Shown: positions 26,320 through 40,142, counted from the first letter of the whole stretch. The stretch: DNA of 63,131 nt, filler included, from Rozella allomycis CSF55 (GCA_000442015.1; 13 parts of 13 records of this genome joined end to end with filler, not necessarily neighbours in it), one strand, 5' to 3'. Notes: generated by a model not told the origin, from the sequence alone. Numbers and translations are program-made.

Positions 26320-28193
26320 ATGACTAATTACAAACCATCAATACTTACGAAACCTCCAATATTCATTACCAAAGAAAGTAATATTTGAAGATTATGCTTT
26401 GAAAGAGAAAGTAGACGAAACAAATTTTTCCATAAAAGCGAATGGTTTAATGGAGGAAAATGTGCGCCCAAAGTCTTCATACAAGCCAAATTTTAACTTT
26501 ATAAAATCAAATGAGACTGAAGAGGCACCTGGTAAACAATTTATTTCCTCTTTAAAGGGGAAATAGAAATGGAGTATGACTCCGATTTCGAAAGTTCAGA
26601 TCAATCTGAAGAAAATGTTAGTGTCGAACCAAACTTGTATAACAGTGGTTCAAAAATAGACCTGTCTGGTCTTACATTATGTGCTTCGAAAAGCAAAAGC
26701 ATTAAACCTCATGTAATCAGAATGAATGTATCATTAATAATATTCAGCAAATACTAGAATCTTAAGAAGTTGATTGAATTGTCATATTCATCTTATACAT
26801 TATTTGAACAGTGCCCGTTCTCATCGTACGAGACCTACATTCAATCAATATCGACAGGAAGATCAGCGCAAGTGGCGACCCAAACCTCAGAAGATGTTGT
26901 AGAAATTGGTACACAGACTGATATTTATGACACAAAAAGAACTGGAACACAGACAGAATTGAATCACCATATTAACATTGACGGATTTGTTACGTTGGAA
27001 TCATTTGTATCTCACTTTGAAAGTTTATTCAATTCCATTTCGCTAAAATCAAATACGACTTCCCCGGAAATCGAGAGCGTTGAAGAAGGATTAATTTTCG
27101 CACAACAAAGGAAAGGGTTGCAATTGAATGTAAACAAGGACAGTCTTATAGTATCTATTCAAGAAATTGATGGATTTATTGCAGTAGAAACTAAAAATGG
27201 AAATGAAGTTTTTTTGGTCATTTATGAATTGTCAGGGACTGACAGCATTTTGACTATTTTGAAGCCGGCAACTAAAATCACTGCTATTAAGATTTTACGA
27301 ACCTGTTTGCTGAGTAGTAGATTAATTGTCGCCATTGGAACCGAAGATGGCGGAATTTATATGTATTCTGACATAAATAACAAAGATGGAAATGCAAAGA
27401 TTCCCTTTTTCCGCACTGATATTTTCCCGAGTAAATTTGACCATCTTTGCCCTTTGGTTTCATTTATCCATGAAAATGGGAATATCAAAACGTTTGACGA
27501 AAACGGGAAGATTTCTTACTTTCATATCAGCTCTGACGATCAGATAGCGGATGAGTTTCATACATTTGGTACCGATTTAAAAGTTAACCTTGATAATCAG
27601 ATTGACATACACAAGTAAATCTATTAAAAAAGTGTATCTAGCATTCTTGGATATCGTAAGGTAGTGTCTGCATTTAGTACAATCGCTGATATTTTAATTA
27701 TTTTGACAAATACTGAAGAAATCCTAAAGATAAAGTTAAACCCGCTAAACAATGAAAAACATGTTTTGTTAAGCCATTATGTTTTTCAATGCCAAATTTT
27801 AAGAGTTCATTGGCAGGGAAATATGGCATACCTAGAAGCCAAAAATGAAATCATTTATATATTTGATTTCGATTCTTTTGCCATTCTTCANNNNNNNNNN
27901 NNNNNNNNNNNNNNNNNNNNNNNNNNNNNNNNTCGATTATATATAAAGTACTTCTTCCTGCCTTTTCAATCCCTGAATTATCTATGATTTCGATTTCTTC
28001 AGCCAAGAATGATAATTACGGCATATCAGTATGGAATTTTAGCACTGACATTTCAATTCCCGCATTTTCCGGCAACCTTGTATTACATGATGTTAGTGAC
28101 GTGTTTTTGCTACAAGAGAACAAGAAAGTCTATATTTGTTGGTGCGTAGGTACATCAATTTCCATTTTTGAATTGAATTTAAATTTAGAATAA
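26320..28193 (+). CDS. WDR60/DYNC2I1-like dynein-2 intermediate chain, divergent; start uncertain
   Basis: YDSDFES, LIELSYSSYTLFEQCPFSSYETYIQS, three TQT (LC8-binding-like) motifs, beta-propeller-like C-terminus. Confidence 0.6.
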
Positions 28194-28200
28194 ACAAGAA

Positions 28201-28872
28201 TTAAAGTTTTATTTTTAATTCTTGGGTTGATAAGATAGATTTTTCTATTTCTGGACAAAATATCAACGTGAATTGCAATTCATTAGCAATTTGGTCCTGC
28301 ATTTTCCCCATGAACCCTGACCTGATAATGTTGTCTGTTTCGCCATACACTACGTGATATTTTACTCTTCCTGATTGTATTATAACACCTGATTCACGAG
28401 ATGCGAGGCGACGGGATAATCTTAATGAATTGGAGTTATTTTTTCCAATGACATATTTAGCTCCTATAAATCTTGCATACACTATTCCTATCATGTAAAA
28501 ATAAAACGCAAAGTTGGTAAATTGCCTTCTATATTGTGGAATTACATAAAAGTTTCTCATCTCAGCCGTGTTGTTCCTTTCCATCGGATATGCCAATTTC
28601 GGTTTCAACTTTTCGAAAGGGACAGAACTTTCCAACGAATATTGAAGTGAATTGGGCGGTGTAATTGATGTGATTGCAATTATTTCGTCATTATATTCCG
28701 CAATTAAATATATACTTTCTATATCTACCTTGGACATTATTTTTTCATCTGGGTATTGCTTTGGGTCGTGCTGACCTATTTCTAGCGCAAATGCTCTGAA
28801 CTGCAAACGATATAATTTTTCCCTTTCAGATTTATCAGGGTTTTCTAAACGTATTAGAATCGTATCTTTCAT
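28201..28872 (-). CDS. Intronless GNAT-fold acyltransferase, bacterial-type (LuxI/FeeM-like)
   Basis: LYRLQFRAFALEIGQH, IYLIAE..EIIAITSITPP, YSLE, AEMRNFYVIPQYRR, SGRVKY. Confidence 0.7.
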   Translation of the reverse strand: MKDTILIRLENPDKSEREKLYRLQFRAFALEIGQHDPKQYPDEKIMSKVDIESIYLIAEYNDEIIAITSITPPNSLQYSLESSVPFEKLKPKLAYPMERNNTAEMRNFYVIPQYRRQFTNFAFYFYMIGIVYARFIGAKYVIGKNNSNSLRLSRRLASRESGVIIQSGRVKYHVVYGETDNIIRSGFMGKMQDQIANELQFTLIFCPEIEKSILSTQELKIKL

Positions 28873-29015
28873 TAATCTTCCAAAATCACGTGCCGTAAAT
28901 TTAATATATGGAAAANNNNNNNNNNNNNNNNNNNNNNNNNNNNNNNNNNNNNNNNNNNNTTAATTAATTAANNNNNNNNNNNNNNNNNNNNNNNNNNNNN
29001 NNNNNNNNNNNNNNN

Positions 29016-30662
29016 ACCAATCGAACGATGTTCAAGATCACCTCCACCAAAACCGACATCCGAGTAACAAGATAACTAAAGTTCTGCTAAACCACCCAAA
29101 CAAATTCCAACATCAGGCGTTCCCTTCAAATAACGCAGTTCACGCTTAAGACATAACCAATGAATATTTCTACGAGAATCTTGGAAACGAGAAAGAAGGT
29201 TAAGTGCAAAACATATATCAGGCCTTGTCTTGATAGCTATTGAAAAAAAAACATCCAATGATTGTTCGAAATGATTCACATAAGGATTTTGAAGCACCAT
29301 CATCTTTTTCAGAACTTGGATTTTTATAAAGCATACTTGGTTTTATACTTGGATCAAAAGGTGTAACAGCAAGAATACAATCACCCATATTTGTTCTCTT
29401 TAATAAATTTGAAACATAACTTTGCTGATGCAGTATAATAGTCTTATTTTCTCTATTTCCAAATAACTCTAACCCCGAAACATATTTGCATTCACCCAAA
29501 GCAGACATTTCAAATCGTTTCTTCAAAGAATTAATTATTAAATTTATTGTTTCTTTCTTTCCTGCATCATCAACATATAGAATAATAAATCCAACAATCT
29601 TTTTATTAGAACTACGTTTAATATAGATACAAGGATCAGAACTAGCTGGAGACTAACCTTCACTTTGTAACAACTTGTTAATCTCACAATTCCAAAAATG
29701 CGGCGTATGTCTTAAACCATAAAGTGATTTCTTCAAAAGACAAACCTTGCTATTGCCTAAAGTATTTCCTAAACCATCTGGAACCATCATATACACGGGT
29801 TTGTCTGAAGGTGCAAGAAGAAAAGCAGTTTTCTCGTCAAGTTGATGAATTTCAAGATCTTGGGTTGCTGCGATCGTGAGGAGCATGCGAATAGAAACCA
29901 TATGCGAAACAGGAGCCGAAAGAGAATCTTCATCAAAATGAACATAAGCAACTTGAGAATATCCTCGAGCAACTAGTCTAGCTTTATATCGAGCAATAGA
30001 ACCATCTGGATTTCGTTTAATTCGAAAAACCCATCTGTTTGATATTGGAACTTCACCTGTAGGTAAATCAGTAAATTCTCAAGTTGACATCTTATTTAAG
30101 CTATTCAGTTCTTCATGGACAGCTTCTATCCATAAAGATTTATCAGGTCGTTCTTTGATATCAGCAAGATGTTCCGGAACTTCAGGAAACGTTTATAGAG
30201 TACAAGCAGAGCAATCAACCTTCCTACATGTTCTTCGACTATTTTCTGGAAGGATATTTTTAGTAGAAACATCAGAATAGTTTATTTTAACATCACTTGC
30301 AGCAGTTTGGACTTCTTCAAAAATTTCAGAATTTTCTAAATGCAATGTAAATTCTTCGAAGGTTGTAGAAGAGGCATTATCACTTTGAAGTTCCAAATCA
30401 TGATTTTCTGCTTCCATATATTGTCTATTATCATCCAAATTTTGTCCAGATCAATATCATCAATATCATCATTATTATCATTATTATCATTTGTCTCAAT
30501 ATCCGTATTTATATCAACATTATTCCCGCTTCCACAAGACCCAGTAGTCGAGTGGTCTGTACCTCCATCATCCGTGGTGCAGGTACCACGTTCTACTTCT
30601 GCGGTGGTCATGTTTTTATTATATTTCTTTAGAAATTTCTTGGTTGAAAAAATTTTCACCCT
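29016..30662 (-). mobile_element. Degenerate Ty1/copia pol fragment (RT to start of RNase H), same family as 1635-2866
   Basis: KARLVARG, LKKSLYGLR, LYVDD, TRPDICFA, LRYLKGT; high similarity to the first copy. Confidence 0.92.
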
Positions 30663-30762
30663 NNNNNNNNNNNNNNNNNNNNNNNNNNNNNNNNNNNNNN
30701 NNNNNNTTAATTAATTAANNNNNNNNNNNNNNNNNNNNNNNNNNNNNNNNNNNNNNNNNNNN

Positions 30763-31075
30763 CTTTGAAATCGATTCCGTTTGAGTTCCATTGTACCTCA
30801 CTGAGCGGTGCATGCCCAGCTTTTAGATCGTTTAGATCTACTACTTCCTTGCCAACACAATCTTCGGGACTGACTTCTTGAAAAGCCTTCAGGTATCCAT
30901 ATTTCCTAAAATGAAGTCCACACCTTATTATTGGCCATACTTTGTTTTACCTGTTGCACATACTTTTTCTTTCATTGTTCTCGTCGATGTAGTTTCGCCA
31001 TAGTGGAGTTGATGTAATATGACAGTTAAAGCATTCCTTGTGTCTTTCACCTTTGGCAAGTTTTTGCAAACAACC
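30763..31075 (-). CDS. GATA zinc-finger protein B (5' end unresolved, 3' truncated)
   Basis: CFNCHITSTPLWRNYIDENNERKSMCNR|CGLHFRKYG after a 27-nt intron. Confidence 0.75.
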
Positions 31076-31602
31076 TGAAATACTGTTTTGTGATGTTTTT
31101 GTCATACCCTTGCCAATACAGCCATCACATGATTGGGGTAATCAAAAATCAAAACATAGACAATAGAAAATTAGCAATCATTGGATTACGTAGTCGTAGT
31201 CTGTATATATTTAATCTACCCTTGATTGGCAGACTATATATAATAGATAAATATCCCAGTTTGGATGGGTAAAATACTGAAATTCGAAATTTAATGATGA
31301 TAATATTCATTTAAAATATCAAACCACTTCAAAATCATTTTAGTCTTGTCAGAATAATCTGTTCCAGACCACAACCAAGAACTCGGCCCTCGGAACACAA
31401 AGATCTAGACAAAATGTATTTTTGAAAATTCGTGTCATTAAACATTAAAGTTTTTGAAATCACGATTGCATGCACCCCTACTTCGGTGATTATTGTTAAT
31501 ATCGTCAGATTCGCCACTACCATTTCAAAACCATAAAAGAGTCTAGAATTATAATAGAGGGTGCTTAGAATATATCAGAAAGGGTATATGTTTATTTGTT
31601 TT

Positions 31603-32111
31603 CTATTGAGAGGTGCCTTTGGGTGAGTCATCATGATCATCAAAGGCGGAAAGGTCAATGCTGGTATTTTTTCTACTTTCCAATAGTCGAATGACCTGTA
31701 TGCTCTTCGGATCCGTCAAATCAAGGTCAATATTCTCAATGTCAAGGTGAAGGAGTGTATCTGAAATCTGGACCCTTTGTGTGATCTCAGGTGGGTGTGA
31801 CGTGTGATGCTGAGGTAATATGCCATGTTTTTTAAGATAAAGTCCGCATCTAAATAAGATTGTATTACCAAGAAGTACCGATTGCAAATGGTATGTTGTT
31901 TATGGTCGTTGCCAACATAGGTTCTCCATAAAGGAGTCTGATTTACGGCACAATTAGCGCAGGATCTGTTCAGATTGCTTTTTCTCCTTTTTCTTGAAAC
32001 AAAATTTTCTGCGTCGAAAGTGGCCTTTTGCTTTGGCATTACCCTGGTTGTTTTATTCCATAGTTCAAATTGTGCAGATTTTTCATTGGCTCGGGATTTA
32101 GCAGCCACCAA
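31603..32111 (-). CDS. GATA zinc-finger protein A
   Basis: Basic NLS then CANCAVNQTPLWRTYVGNDHKQHTICNR|CGLYLKKHG after a 29-nt intron. Confidence 0.8.
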
Positions 32112-32728
32112 TTCTATAAATTAGCGAGTTATTTTAGTGATTTTTTATGCGAATTGTTATTTTGTTTGACAAAAAGTGTTACTTGCTTGCAAAAATTTAA
32201 TTTTATCCTTTTCGTTGATTTATGGCAATGTAAGTGATATAGCTATTGTCTAGACTTTCAATATAGAAAGTTATGGATTAATCTGTTTACACTGATCGTG
32301 GCTGGGTCTAGACTCTTGAAAATGACGAAAAATGACATCATCATTGCCATTATAGCGGTACGGGCTAAAATACCCCGTACATTTCTTTTATTAATCTGTA
32401 GTTTATTTCAGAGATTTTAGATTTCACAGGAAAAGTTGATCGACTTGATTTTTAAATTTAGTTGCACTGCCACTATTAACAAGGTCACTACCTCGAAGTC
32501 TAAAAGCAAAAATATTGACAAAGGCCCCCTAGTTTCAATACTGGTGATATTATTATTATTTCGGCTATTGTAAGAAAGAAAAGAACTTAAACAAAAATAC
32601 TAATCCCTTCTTTCACTTTCAGTTTTGTCTAAGCTTCCAAGTGGACTCTATTCCATCTTTTTATAGGATTTAAACCCAATCACCAGTTCAGACAAAAGTA
32701 CTCTATCCTTTAAGAAAAATCACGAATC

Positions 32729-34093
32729 ATGTCTTCGAAAGAATACAAGTTAACTGCCCTCCGAACAACAGATAAACAGTGTATCATGATGTTCCCATCT
32801 AAAACAAAATTATTCGGACCATTATCAATGGAAAAGATGGAAGCAGAAGGTGAAGCAGTATCGGATATTTCAAAGACGCTCCCTGAGGGATACGATCCGT
32901 CGTTAGTAGCACCTGGATCGCATAAAAGGCGGGCATTTAAAAAGAAGACGACAGTTTTGACGCCAGAGCAGTTGAAGAAAGAGTCTGTGCAAAACAACTT
33001 GTCGCTGCAAGATGGCAACGGTGCGTCCTTTATTGGCAGAGAAGAGGGTGGTTTGGAAGCTGGCGAGTATGCGATTTTGGTGAAGACTGGTGAAAATAGT
33101 TTTGCGATGATACCTGTTGATAAATGGTATAGATTCCAAAACAAGATTCACTATCAAACGCTGTCGTTGGAAGAAGCAGAGCAAAAGGTATGATTTGAAT
33201 AGTGGGGATTTGCAGATGAGCCAGAAATCGAGGAATATGGATTCAGACAGATGGATGATGAAATTGAGGGCGAAAGAAATGGTTCCAGAGCACCAATCAG
33301 AGTAGAATATTTATTTTGAGATTAATAGAGTTGAAGAAGATGTGGAGGATATAGCAAAGCCGCCTAGAGATGATGAAGAAATCGATTTTGACGAAGTGTT
33401 CAGCGATGACGATGAAAAGATTGGAGAAGGCCCTGAAATGGAAGAGGATGAGCAAGTAATAAATAAAATTACTTTAAAACTGATTAAACAAAAAGCATTC
33501 AAGAAGAGGGATACCAGCGAAGAAGTTGAAGAGAACGAAGAGCTATCGTTAACAGGAAAGGATTTGAGGAGAATTGTGAGAAGATTAGAGAAGAATCAGG
33601 ATTATGAATCTGATGATGAGAAAGATCCTTATGCTGATGAAGATGATATTGATACATCGTCGTTACCGTCGACTACTTCTGGAACAGCGACTCCAATGAG
33701 CTCGCGCATGTTCTCAGGGTTTAGCTCGGGAATTTCGTCTGTGGAAGAGCGCAGGAAGCCAGAACTTTTGAGCAAGTCTACAACATCCAGTCAATCATCC
33801 AATAAAGAAAAGGAAATGATCAGACCTTTGGTGACTAAAAAAGTAAAAAGATTGTGTGTCTTTGAAAGCCTAAACTTGCACCAGCCCCATCATCTCAGCC
33901 AATTAGCATTGACGTGTTGAGAGCTGAAGTGATTAATGTGCTAAAAACTAACAATTTAACTGCGAAAGAGTTGATTAATATGTTCAAGAGAAAGATTAAA
34001 GATAACACAAAAGATTTTCAGAGTGTTGTAAAGCAGGTAGCTGAGATGGATAAAACAACAAGAATTTTGAAACTAAAAGCTGAATTCAAATGA
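32729..34093 (+). CDS. TFG1: TFIIF large subunit (RAP74/Tfg1)
   Basis: FIGREEGG, PVDKWYRF, TLSLEEAEQKM, acidic centre, C-terminal winged-helix-like segment. Confidence 0.85.
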
Positions 34094-34173
34094 AGAAGTG
34101 AAGCATTTAATAGTTTGGCAAATGGCAATAATAAAGGTATTAAAAATGTTTATTGTTTAATATTATAATTTAA

Positions 34174-37100
34174 TTATATTTGCTCGACGTAATTTGAAGG
34201 AAATAAGCCAATTCTTCCATTGATTTCCCCTTGCCACCAATCAGGTGTTGTCTTTTCAACATTTGTGATTATTGCCCCTTCAGAAAATGACAACTCATTA
34301 TTTTCAGCTACTTTTAAGTTTATAATTGTTTCTACCAGCGTCGTAATCATACAGAGCTTTAACTGTAATTTCCTCTGCGACTCCACGTGGAGGCTTAGGT
34401 GGCTCAGACTCTATCAATTCAACGTNTTGGCAAATGGCAATAATAAAGGTATTAAAAATGTTTATTGTTTAATATTATAATTTAATTATATTTGCTCGAC
34501 GTAATTTGAAGGAAATAAGCCAATTNGTGGCGATAATAAAGGTATTAAAAATGTTTATTGTTTGTATAATTTAATTATATTTGCTCGACGTAATTTGAAG
34601 GAAATAAGCCAATTCTTCCATTGAGTTCCCCTTGCCACCAATCAGGTGTTGTCTTTTCAACATTTGTGATTATTGCCCCTTCAGAAAATGACAACTCATT
34701 ATTTTCAGCTACTTTTAAGTTTATAATTGTTTCTACCAGCGTCGTAATCATACAAGGCTTTAACTTTAATCTCCTTTGCGACTCCACGTGGAGGCTTAGG
34801 TGGCTCAGACTCTATCAATTCAACGTAATTTGAAGGAAACATTCCAGTGTGTCCATCACACGTGCCTAACCACCACCCATCATCAATCTATGATTTTTAG
34901 AATTATTAAAATACCTTTTCGATTTCTGTGACAATCATTCCCTCTTTGATGGAAATTTNTCCATCATCAATCTATAATGTTTAAAATTATTGAAATACCT
35001 TTTCGATTTCTGTGACAATCATTCCCTCTTTGATGGAAATTTCATTTGATTCTTCAGCTACAAAGTCATAGAGAACCCTGGCAGTTAACAATGAATCTTT
35101 TTTGGAATCTTTTTTGATTTTATCAAATTTCGCTTCATTTTCTAATCTATCAATTTCTTCCTTTTTCAATCTTTCAGCTTCAATTTTCTCTTTTTGAATT
35201 TCTTCTAATCTCTTCTGTTCTAGCCTTTGCTCTTCCAGTCTCTGTTCTTCTTTTCTCTTCTCTTCTTCTAATCTCTTCTGTTCTTCTGCTCTCTTCTCCT
35301 CTTCTAACCTTTGCTGCTCTTCAAGTCTCTTCTGTTCCATTGATTCTCNCAGCCTTTGCTCTTCTTCTAATCTCTTCTGTTCTTCTTTTCTCTTCTGCTC
35401 TTCTAACCTTTGCTGCTCTTCAAGTCTCTTCTGTTCCATTGATTCCCTTTCTACTCTCTCTAAACGCAGAATCTCATTCTTCATCGTTATCATTGGATCT
35501 TCATCATCTGATTCTTCCTTTTCATTAATTTTCGCATTTACAACCTTTTCTACATACGTTGCTGGGAAGAGCCCCGTTTGATTATTTGATTCTTTTGTTC
35601 CAAGCCACCAATTTTCATCAATNTTTTTCATTAATTTTCGCATTTCCAACCTTTTCTACATACGTTGCTGGGAAAAGTCCCGTTTGATTATTTGATTCTT
35701 TTGTTCCAAGCCACCAATTTTCATCAATTTTAGAAATATTTATTAAAATTTCCCCCTCTTTGATTGATAATTCATCAATCTCAGCCGCATTGTAATCATA
35801 AATCACTTTATACTTTTCTTCTTCTAAATCAATGCTTTGTTTTCCCGTGTCTGTATTTTGAATTAATTTCTCTTCTTTTCTTTTACTTACTTCTTCTTCT
35901 AATCTTCTCTCTTCCATCCTTTCCTTTTCAATTCTTTCCTTTTCAATCCTCTCCCTCGCCATTCTTTTTTCTTCTTCCAACTTTTGCTCCATTTCTCTTC
36001 TCTTTTGATCTTCCTCTNGTATTTTCTCTTCTTTTCTTTTACTTTCTTCTTCTTCTAATCTTCTCTCTTCCATCTTTTTCTTTTCAATTCTTTCCTTTTC
36101 AATCCTCTCCCTCTCCATTCTTTCTTCTTCCAACTTTTGCTCCATTTCTCTTCTCTTTTGATCTTCTTCTGCCCTTTTTCTTTCTAATTTTTCTTGTTTT
36201 TCAATTTCCAATCGCCTTTCGTTTTCAATCTTCTGTCTTTGGATTCTCTCTTCTTCTAGCTGCCTTTCTCTTTCCAATCGATTCTGCTCTTCTAATTCTT
36301 TTTCTATTCTTTCTCTCTCCAATCGTTTTTCTTCTTCGCTTTTTCTCTCTGCGTTCTCTCTTTTAAATCTCTCCTGTTCTTCCATCAACTCCAGTTTTCC
36401 AATCCTCTCTCTTTCTAGTCGTTTTTCTTCCTCAACTCTCAGTTTTTCAATTCTTTCCTTTTCCAGCCTTGCGTCTTCCTCAATTCTCAATTTTTCATTT
36501 TTCTCTCTTTCCAGTCGCTCAAGTCTTAACCGTTCCTGCTTCTCCCTTTCTTGCTGNCTTTCTAATTTTTCTTGTCTTTCTCTTTCCAATCGCCTTTCAT
36601 TTTCAATCTTCTCTCTTTGGATTCTCTCTTCTTCTAGTTGTCTTTCTCTTTCCAATCGATTCTGCTCTTCCAATTCTCTTTCCATTCTTTCTCTCTCCAA
36701 TCGGTTTTTTTCTTCGCGTTTTCTCTCTGCGTTCTCTCTTTCCAATCTCTCCTGTTCTTCCATCAACTTCAGTTTTTCAATTCTCTCCCTTTCTAGTCGT
36801 TTCTCTTCCTCAACTCTCATTTTATCAATTCTTTCCCTTTCCAACCTTTCCTCTTCCTCAATTCTCAATTTTTCATTTTTCTCCCTTTCCAGTCGCTCAA
36901 GTCTTAACCGTTCCTGCTTCTCCCTTTCTTGCTGCTCCGCTTTCAATCGCAAATCCTCAAAACTATTCTTTTTATTCAAAACAATATCTTTTTTCACAGG
37001 CACACTCACGCTATTCTCATTTGCGGTTTTTCGTAAAAATGGACTATTGCTTACTGACCCTGGTCTTATATTGACTTTGGATGGACGCAATGTGGGCGAT

Positions 37101-38008
37101 GAATCGTCAGAAGACATTAAACCGCTCTCTCGCGACCTTCTAATCAATTCAGCCGCTTCTGCTGTATGATCTTTGACGTGCGTGGACTGAACTCTTGGTT
37201 CCGAATCAATGGGTTTTGGGGGCTCTGCTTGCATTGAAATTCTCTCTTGTGAATGAGACAATATTCTTTCTTTGGAATTTGTCTTTGTTTGAGCTAATGG
37301 TATTGGGGTATGATTAGAAGAGGTCCTGGAAGCTATTGAATTGGCGCTTTGTGATCTTGACATGGATGGCACTATTGGCGTTGCTTTCATATTTGATGGA
37401 TTAACAATTTTGGGCTCAATCGTTCTTGATGTGGCATTAGGGGTTGGTTGTGGTGTAGGAATGGAAATAGGCTTCTCCGCAGTTTGGTGAATAGAAAACT
37501 TTGCGCCAGACGAATCTCTGATCTTCTTTTTTATCACTTCTGGCTTTATATCAAACTCATTCCTCGCTACAATCTCTACATGGAATCCTTTCAACTTTTG
37601 CGCGACTTGTCGACTATGCATACTGAATTGTGAACGCCTGTTCATTGCGGCACCCTCAGGGCACTTAAATAATACATGTGTTTATTCTTTACCCATGCAA
37701 TGAAAACAAATTTGGGCAACCTGGTGTTGTCGTCAATTACCTTGGCAAATCCATACAGCACTTGGGTTTCATCAAAATTTTCAATCATTTCTTCTAAACC
37801 ACCCTCTATATAAATATTCATAATGTGTCCTACTGCCGCATTCTACGACCAGCAATTCATTGCTGCCTTTTGCATAGCCGTAAATTGACCTGTATATCCC
37901 TTGAAATAAGAGTTTTTACCAATTTAAAGAATCAGACTCTGAAAGTATCTTGTTGTATGTGCTGTTAATTTGAGACGCGTTTTCAAAAAATCTGATAGCC
38001 TCTGTCAT
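34174..38008 (-). CDS. ABP1: Abp1/drebrin-like actin-binding protein: ADF-H, long E/R/K coiled coil, three SH3; inflated by assembly duplications
   Basis: [38 protein letters not shown]3 motifs WW..GLFPxxYVE. Confidence 0.8.
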
Positions 38009-38599
38009 TGTGGCGCAAGCTGTAGGCATGATTTCATAATTAAAAATTCAATATTATTTTAGAATGATATTGTAATTACACTAGATTAAGACTTAAGTAT
38101 TTATATATCTTCAATATTTGATACATCTCAGAGGATCTGTTTATATTGATATGTATTCGCCAAAAAAAATCATCAAAAAATAAATACGAAACACTTTTGG
38201 CATTCTTTAATTGTCAAAATATTTTGGAACATTAAGTGAAAATAAAGCCCATTTCGTGTCTGGAAGTCAAACACAAAGAAAAATTAAAAACATCAATATA
38301 CATCGTTTTTATTATTCCATTTCGCTGATTACTTTCCAATCCTCTGGTATATCTTTAACTACAATAAAGCTCGGATATTCTACAATAATCTTCCCCTTTA
38401 AATTTTCTTTCAAAGAAGCGTTAGATGAAAGCAAAAAGTATTCTGCATGATCCGCCTGACAGAAATTCTTTTTCATCAAAAACTGGAATGAATCACGAAN
38501 NNNNNNNNNNNNNNNNNNNNNNNNNNNNNNNNNNNNNNNNNNNTTAATTAATTAANNNNNNNNNNNNNNNNNNNNNNNNNNNNNNNNNNNNNNNNNNNN

Positions 38600-40142
38600 A
38601 TAATTCTTGTCAATTCCAACTCTCTTCCATTTCTGGAAATTCTCAATAAGCCTCTTTGTGAATCAAAAATTAACGTCAAATAAATTTCTCTCGTCAAATT
38701 AAATCCATTTTCATCATCAAACACAATTTTATCCTTCAATTTCTCTTTAAATTCATTCAACAAAAGTTGCCCATGGAAATTGTAAAGGTTTGAAATTATC
38801 TTTTCAAAGCTCAACGCATTCTTATCAATTTCCATTCTAAATCCAATAAACGAATTAATCGCCATCAATTTATTGCCTTCTTTTTGAATTATCATTTTAT
38901 TTCTTTTATCTTGTTTATGATTCCAATAATTAACTCGAATGTCTTTATTTGGCTCATACGTCACAGACGCAGAAACTAGAATTGTTTTGCTCGCATGGAG
39001 ATTCAACATCCCCAATTGAATCAACACTGAAAGCTCATTTATTCGTTCAAACACTCTAGTCCATCCACTCGTCTCATAAACTACTTGCAAATGAGCCAAC
39101 GTCATCTGTTTCTGCTGTACGCTAAATATTTGCCCTATTTCTTACTTTTACATTCATTCATTTCTTACTAACATTATGAACACTCACACAAAACGATAAT
39201 TCAAAATCTACATCTTCAAACACCCATTTCCAACTAACATCAAATTGTGGCTCATATTTCAAACTCAACGTTGCAATCTCTCCAACTCTCATCTTCACTT
39301 TTAAATTTTCAAAACTAACTTTAATATCGCCATTAATTTCTTCTCTGATCAATGCTTTACTAACAAGCTCTTTCCATTCATTCACAAAATTATCCTCGCA
39401 ATCTTCAATCTTCCCGCTATTCTTAATATCCAAAATTTTAGGCATTCTTGAATAACTCCCAAGACAAAACACATCAACAGCACTGGAAATGTCATAATTG
39501 GGCATCCTNTAAAATTATTCTCGCAGTCATCAATGTTGCCACTATTCTTAATATCCAAAATCTTAGGCATTCTTGAATAAGTTCCAAGACAAAACACATC
39601 AACAGCACTGGAAATGTCATAATTGGGCATCCTATTCATAATCAATACAATATTTACTTTGCACATGCTAATGAAGATATCATCATCTGCAAGTTTGGCC
39701 CAATCATACTTCTAACTCTCTTCCCCTCGTTAAACCATCTAGTCACTTTTGATGCTGCTACAAAGGACCCAGTCGTTGCTTGATTCATATACATCGTACA
39801 CACATAAAGCTTTATAAACAAGTGCCTCCATTTTATCAAGAAATCTACAAGCCTTCTTCTTCTTTCACTACCAGAAGGTATAGATCTATTCCACATTTCA
39901 AATTCAATTTACACTTCAGTTAAGCTCATCAACTCATTAAAACAACCAAATATCACTTTTTGAAATAAATCTCTTGTTGATATCCCTTCTATATTCTCTA
40001 GATTGGGCAACACCTTATCCTTCAAAATTGCCGACAATGCATATTCTGGTATTATAGGTCTTGGGACGGGCTTGCTTATAACTTTCTTTAAAATTTTCTT
40101 TGGCTCCCTCGCTTCTTCTGCAAGTTTAAGCTTCAACTTCAT
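38600..40142 (-). CDS. MED14: Mediator subunit Med14/Rgr1-like (probably continues beyond the gap)
   Basis: ERRRRLVDFLIKWRHLFIKLYV, RMPNYDISSAVDVFCLGSYSRMP. Confidence 0.75.

Noticed and set aside
35764-37074. Long Phe/Leu/Ser-rich plus-strand ORFs
   Set aside because: Antisense shadows of the E/R/K coiled coil
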